From assembly GCA_965198235.1 (NCBI GenBank), contig OZ240248.1:1408001-1472000 (forward strand): a stretch of DNA of 64,000 bases, written 5' to 3'. The DNA is from Candidatus Poribacteria bacterium (GTDB taxonomy: Bacteria > Poribacteria > WGA-4E > WGA-3G). Each line of letters begins with the position of its first letter. Position 1 is the first letter of the stretch. The notes under the pieces were generated by a model, which worked only from the letters and a program-made list of their open reading frames with translations, made no database searches and was not told where the DNA came from. Below, piece after piece: positions 58,713 to 64,000 of the stretch. The translations under genes and the position numbers were made by a program.

Positions 58713-59838
58713 ATGACAGTTTACGCATTTTGGAACAATAAAGGAGGGGTTGGTAAGAGTTTTTTAAGCTTTGTTGCAGCAACAGAGTATGCCCGTACTT
58801 ACCCAGATACCGATGTCTATGTTATAGACCTTTGCCCTCAGGCAAATATCTCTGAGATGTTACTTCTGAATTCCGATATCTTAGTTGATCCCGACGACGA
58901 AATCTCTGACGATGGGATGTCCGACAACGAAAGTTATGAGGTAATACACAAAAGTTATGAGGTAATACACAAATTGATAGGGCAGACCCCTCGTGCTACG
59001 GTCGCAGGTTACCTTGAAGCACGGCTGAATTCTCCGTTCCGTACCATTGAGGATGTATCTCATTACGTATGTCGCCCTCGGGACTTCAACGCAAAAATTC
59101 CCGTAAATTTACTTCTGGTGTGCGGCGATAATCTGCTTGAAATTCTGTCAGAAGCGATTCGCCAGATGTCTCAGTTGGCACTTCCAGCAGATGCATGGAA
59201 ACAGGTACTCAACTGGATTAAGGATCTAACCTTTGCGTTGCGTAAGCGGAGCGGGAACAGAGATGCACTTTTCATCCTCGACTGTAATCCGAGTTTCGCT
59301 ATCTACACCCAATTGGCTCTTGTCGCTGCAGAAAACGTTATTGTGCCCTTTACGCCTGATGATAGTTCGCGTTGGGCTGTGGAGAATGTCGTAGCACTAC
59401 TTTATGGCCACGGTACGGGGGACCCGAAGATAGAAACTTATGCGAAAATCAACTTTGCCAACAGAGCAAAGGGCGAGGGTTTGGATATCCCGAAACTCCA
59501 CACCTTCATCAGTAATCGCGTAACTCTCTATCGCAGCAAAGCAAGCAAAGCATTTGAGGCGGTTAATGCATCTATTAAAGAAACACTAGAGGCTCTCCAC
59601 AAGAAACGTCGCCAGATCTATGCAAACCCAAAAGAGTTACCAAGTGAGAGACTCATAGAGATACCTGACTATCACAGTGCTTGTGTCGTTATGACGGTTA
59701 AAGGAATACCCTTAGATAGTCTTCACCCTGGACCGAATGTAGTTCACGGTAGACTCCAACTCAATTCCGGTCCAACTCAATTCCGAACCGTTAGAACGGT
59801 ATCGAAGTGCCCTTACTGAATTTGTAAATTGTCTTTAA
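58713..59838 (+). pseudogene. ParA/Soj-like ATPase with C-terminal frameshift
   Basis: NNKGGVGKS, IDLCPQAN, LDCNPS; a 16-bp duplication at 59755-59785 displaces the ending QLNSEPLERYRSALTEFVNCL* (current stop 59819). Confidence 0.7.
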
Positions 59839-59847
59839 AGGTTCCTT

Positions 59848-60435
59848 GTGCTATCACCAGCAGCATTGAAATATAGGACTACAGTAGACCGCATAGAGAC
59901 GCTTCACCGGACCGCAACGGACAAGCGATTGCATCCCATGTCCCATGATGAGATACAGGTTTACTACCGCGCAGCACTTACCGGTTACGTCGCAGCGTGG
60001 AACGCATACATAAAAAACATCGTGTACGACTTCTACGATGTGATACCGAATTCATCCCCTATTTACGCAGTCGCCCGACAAGCGGTGGAAAGATCAACGG
60101 AGAGATTCAATACGCCAAACTGGGAAAATACACAGAAATTTCTTGAACAATGCACAGGACATGATCCTATCAATGACTGGATCTGGAGTCGACGTGAAAT
60201 GAATGGCTTTCAGGTTCGTGTGAGATTGAATGAAATTTTACGTGTCTGCCATAGTCTGGCACACGGTTCTGATATGCCTGCTTACAATTGGACACAATCG
60301 CCGAGTGGCAGAGTCCGCCTAACCAGCAAAGCCATTCAAGACACTGAGGCTTTCTTCAAAAACCTTGTCAATATTACGGACAGTGGTATGAAAGAGCATA
60401 TTAATCTGACTTACGGGCTCACCGCTTCTTGGTAA
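59848..60435 (+). CDS. HEPN-like (RiboL-PSP/MAE_18760-type) helical protein, motif degenerate
   Basis: VAAWNAYI, FNTPN, LNEILRVCHSLAHG (Cys where RHxxAH is expected). Confidence 0.6.
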   Translation: MLSPAALKYRTTVDRIETLHRTATDKRLHPMSHDEIQVYYRAALTGYVAAWNAYIKNIVYDFYDVIPNSSPIYAVARQAVERSTERFNTPNWENTQKFLEQCTGHDPINDWIWSRREMNGFQVRVRLNEILRVCHSLAHGSDMPAYNWTQSPSGRVRLTSKAIQDTEAFFKNLVNITDSGMKEHINLTYGLTASW

Positions 60436-60468
60436 TCAAGCTGTGTTCTACTGATACATTAGTAAATT

Positions 60469-60939
60469 ATGAAAAATCTCATAATAGCAAACTACAAACT
60501 TTTAATCGTATTAATCGTCTTAGTGGTCTTATTAAGTCTCGTGTACATGGCAGTGGATCTTCCCTTCACTGATTTAGAGAACATCCTTTTGCAAATTATT
60601 TTCTTAGCAATAGGATGTAGTGTTTCATTCTTTGTCGGGCAAAAGTCAGTTGAAAAGGCGGCGAAAGAAGTTATTAAACCACACGCTCGGTCTGCGTTTC
60701 GGCGCCTGATCTTCCTCTATCTGACCCTCCGGCGGGCGGCAGCCGCAATAGAATCAGCACAGCATTCAGAATCTCAAGAAAACTACCAAGTGATACTTGC
60801 CCGGCTTGAAGAAATTGTCACTGCACAACTGATGACAGCAGATGATGCCCTAAGCGATTGGGATGATATTGTTCCGGAAGATGTGAAAGAGTTAAAACAG
60901 AAACTCCAATCTGAAGATATAATGGAGGATGGACAATGA
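60469..60939 (+). CDS. Two-TM membrane protein with cytoplasmic helical domain, unknown function
   Basis: Two N-terminal hydrophobic helices; ATGA overlap with the next gene. Confidence 0.7.
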   Translation: MKNLIIANYKLLIVLIVLVVLLSLVYMAVDLPFTDLENILLQIIFLAIGCSVSFFVGQKSVEKAAKEVIKPHARSAFRRLIFLYLTLRRAAAAIESAQHSESQENYQVILARLEEIVTAQLMTADDALSDWDDIVPEDVKELKQKLQSEDIMEDGQ

Positions 60940-61394
60940 CTGAACCAATTCGTGGAAAAATCGCACGAGTACTTAACGAACGAGAAATTGCGATAAATGT
61001 CGGAACTACACATGGCGTGACTGTTGGTATGTACTTTGATGTGATGGATGCCCATGATGAAGATGTAAGAGATCCTGATACGAACGAAGTATTGGGCTCT
61101 ATTGAGCGTCCGAAAGTCAGAGTCAAGGTTACTTACATTCAAGAAAGACTGTCTGTAGCATCTACATACAGATCAGAAAGCGTCAATATTGGAGGTTCTG
61201 GATATGATATCCTTGGACCGTTCTCTAGATCTCTTATGCCACCCAATTGGGTAACGAAGTATGAGACGTTAAAAAAGAAAGAGAAAATTAGCGATGAGCT
61301 CAATGAGGAAGATAGCCTTGCAAAAACTGGCGATCCCGTTGTTCAAGTCATTGAGACACAAGAGGCGGAACAGGAAGATGCCAATAGAAAATAA
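60936..61394 (+). CDS. FlgT C-terminal-like small beta-barrel protein
   Basis: IAINVGTTHGVTVGMYFDV..DPDTNEVLG..VKVTYIQERLS pattern; RBS GGAGG. Confidence 0.55.
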   Translation: MTEPIRGKIARVLNEREIAINVGTTHGVTVGMYFDVMDAHDEDVRDPDTNEVLGSIERPKVRVKVTYIQERLSVASTYRSESVNIGGSGYDILGPFSRSLMPPNWVTKYETLKKKEKISDELNEEDSLAKTGDPVVQVIETQEAEQEDANRK

Positions 61395-61411
61395 AAGGAA
61401 CAAGGATCGTT

Positions 61412-63691
61412 ATGCCACGACTCACTGAACAGGAACAACAAGAAATCATCCGCTTTATTGAGGCAGACAAACCGCTGCCCGACAAATACCGCTTCCTGCT
61501 GTTTGAAGACAAACGCGAGGTAGAACTCGTCTGGAACGGCAAGACCAACGAGGTCTGCAACATCGTCCTCCCCTTTCAGACAATTGAGCACGTAGACGAA
61601 CCCCGCTCCGAAAAACTTTCCGATGACAATCTGCAACTCGATTTGTTTGACACACGTGGCCGCCAACGCAAAGGTTGGACGAACAAGTTAATCTGGGGCG
61701 ACAACAAACTGGTTTTGTCATCACTCAAGAACGGACCGCTGCGCGAGGAGATTGAAGCACAAGGCGGGCTCAAATTCATCTATATCGATCCGCCTTTTGA
61801 CGTGGGCGCGGATTTTTCTATGGATATCGAAATTGGTGGTGAGACGCTCACCAAAAATCCAAACATCCTTGAAGAAATCGCCTATCGCGATACTTGGGGT
61901 AAGGGTACGGATTCGTTCCTTACAATGATTCACGAAAGGTTGATTCTGATGCGAGATTTACTGACAGAGGATGGCAGTATCTATGTGCATTGTGATTGGC
62001 GGGTGAATTCATCACTTCGGTTTGTATTGAATGAAGTCTTTCATGATTCAAACTTCGTCAATGAAATTATCTGGAGACGTAAGCAAGCGCAGGCATGGTC
62101 TTCTGACCAGTTTGGTATAACGAATGATACTTTATTATTATATGGGAAATCGAGCGACCGTGTTTTCAACCCAACTTATTCAAAGGATGACGATAACACA
62201 GAAAAATACATTAAAGAACGATTCAAATTTGATGATGGAGACGGTCGGAAATATATGAAGTCTCCTTTAGTGAACCCTTTAGTGCGTCCCAATCTGCAAT
62301 ACGAGTTTCATGGTGTAAAGCCTCCCAAGACTGGTTGGTTGTATAAAAAAGAGCGCATGGAGGAAATGTATCAGAACAACGAGTTAGTAATGCCGGATAG
62401 TCCAAACGCTCGAATATACCGAAAAATTTATCTTGATACCTATCCGGGGCAGATGGTTCAGAATGTGTGGGTTGATATCCCTATAGTTAATCCAATGGCC
62501 GATGAACGAGTCGATTATCCCACCCAAAAGCCGGAAGCCCTACTCGAACGCATCATTAGGGCCTCCTCCAATGAAGGCGACCTCATCGCCGACTTCTTCT
62601 GCGGTTCTGGCACCACTGCCGCCGTTGCTGAAAAACTGGGGCGCAAGTGGATCGCTACAGACCTTGGCAAATTCGCCATCCACACCACGCGCAAACGAAT
62701 GATCGGAGTCCAGCGTCAACTAAAATCAGATAGCACAGACTACCGTGCCTTTGAGATTATTAATCTCGGTAAATATGAACGTCAACACTACATCGGTGTT
62801 AATCCAAATCTCCGCGAGGAGGAACAGCAGAAACAATTGATAGAAAGGGAAAAGGCGTTCATTGACCTCATCCTATGTGCTTATGCTGCTGAAAAGACTG
62901 AGGGGTTTACCAGTTTTCAGGGGAAGAAAGCCGGTAGACTGATAGCAATCGGTCCCGTCAATTTACCGGTAACACGCCTACTCATAGAGGAGATCATTCT
63001 TGAATGCCGCAAACATCAAGTTACTCGGGTAGATATTCTCGGCTTTGAGTTTGAGATGGGTCTATTTCCTAACGTGTTAGATGAGGCGAAAAGCAGGGAC
63101 ATCAACATCGCACCGAAATACATCCCCGCTGAAGTATTTGACAAGCGTGCAGTGGAGCAGGGGCAGGTGGTATTTCACGATGTAGCGTTCATTGAAGTCA
63201 AACCTCACATCAAGGCAGGTGGGAAAGGTAAGCCCGCGACAGTAGCGTTAGAATTAACCGATTTTTCCGTCTTTTACTCACAAGATTCCATCTCCAACGC
63301 TGAGCAGACACTCAAGAACAGGAGCAGTCGCATCGTGTTGGAAAAAGGGCAAGTCGTAAAGGTGAGCAAAGATGCAGATGGGATTGTCAGTCGAGACATA
63401 TTGACTAAAGAATGGACAGACTGGATCGACTATTGATCAGTTGATTTTGACTTTGAGAGCAAACACGAGATTATCCGCATGCAAGATTCAAAAATGGGTG
63501 AGTGGGAAGAACAGTGGACAGGCGACTACGTCTTTGAAAATGAGTGGCAAAGTTTCCGCACTAAGAAAGACCGCTCATTGGAATTAACCAGCGTCGCCCA
63601 CGAATGCACACCCGGCCGCCGCAAACTTGCTGTCAAGGTCGTTGACATCTTTGGCAATGACACAATGACGATTGTAGAGGTATCGGTGTGA
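61412..63691 (+). pseudogene. mod: Type III R-M Mod subunit (adenine methylase) with in-frame TGA at 63434-63436
   Basis: IDPPF, YPTQKPE, DFFCGSGTT; WTDWIDY*SVDFDFES continues in frame to VKVVDIFGNDT. Confidence 0.8.
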
Positions 63692-63733
63692 AATTGCCCC
63701 TAAACATAGAAAATATTTTTTCAGGAGATAATC

Positions 63734-64000
63734 GTGTCAGAAAATATTAGAATATCCATGTTTGAAGTTGTAGGCAACCCTTTCTGCGTTGCTTCTGATG
63801 ACGGTCAGAAGGTTTATGACTATCTTGACACCGCTCTTAAAGCGGATCGAGAGGTAGCACTTTCATTTCGCAACGTCACAGCACTGACGGGTGCTTTCCT
63901 GAACGCTGCGGTAGGTCAGTTATATGGCACATTCAATGAAGAAAAAATCCATTCTCTGTTGAAAGTTGAAGATGCTGAACAAGACGATCTGGTACTATTG
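63734..64000 (+). CDS. STAS-like DUF4325 protein (partial, window edge)
   Basis: Hand-translated from GTG after AGGAG: MSENIRISMFEVVGNPFCVASDDGQKVY..LSFRNV..AFLNAAVGQLYG. Confidence 0.7.
   Translation, partial: MSENIRISMFEVVGNPFCVASDDGQKVYDYLDTALKADREVALSFRNVTALTGAFLNAAVGQLYGTFNEEKIHSLLKVEDAEQDDLVLL

Noticed and set aside
58713-59838. Plasmid or chromosome partition locus
   Set aside because: No parB, rep or clear parS; the context is R-M and HEPN genes.
63434-63436. TGA recoding to Trp or selenocysteine
   Set aside because: TGA ends several genes with ATGA/GTGA overlaps, and the expected residue is Trp, not Cys.
1-64000. tRNA, rRNA, integrase, prophage or intact transposase genes
   Set aside because: None recognised by eye; a tRNAscan/Rfam run would be needed to exclude small RNAs.

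Overview
Bacterial chromosomal window of about 48-50% GC by eye. The gene content (DUF1501/DUF1553 pair, duplicated PhyH dioxygenases, several Gfo/Idh/MocA oxidoreductases, TPR proteins) resembles Candidatus Poribacteria; this is inference only. Metabolic and housekeeping genes (bioF, rpiA, pepP, M20/M14 hydrolases, an Opp-type ABC operon, an ECF sigma/anti-sigma pair) surround two defence islands. Island 1 (29.7-42.2 kb) is a SNF2-DUF3883 helicase / DUF1156 methylase / DUF499 ATPase (BREX-related) locus with a Septu-like ATPase+HNH pair and an internally deleted HEPN gene inside it. Island 2 (55.1-64 kb) is a type III R-M locus split by ParA-like ATPase, HEPN-like, 2-TM and FlgT-C-like genes, with several probable inactivating lesions. 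The non-coding DNA holds many small mobile repeats. These include GTAG-headed REP hairpins interrupted in their loops by other elements up to four levels deep, a MITE with 13-bp TIRs and 5-bp TSDs, an orphan IS200/IS605 right end (omegaRNA-like), and an 85-bp tandem unit ending exactly at a start codon. Two intergenic repeat families also occur in-frame inside protein-coding genes. Three genes have lost their cores by internal deletion. All domain calls come from motif recognition by eye; no searches were run.
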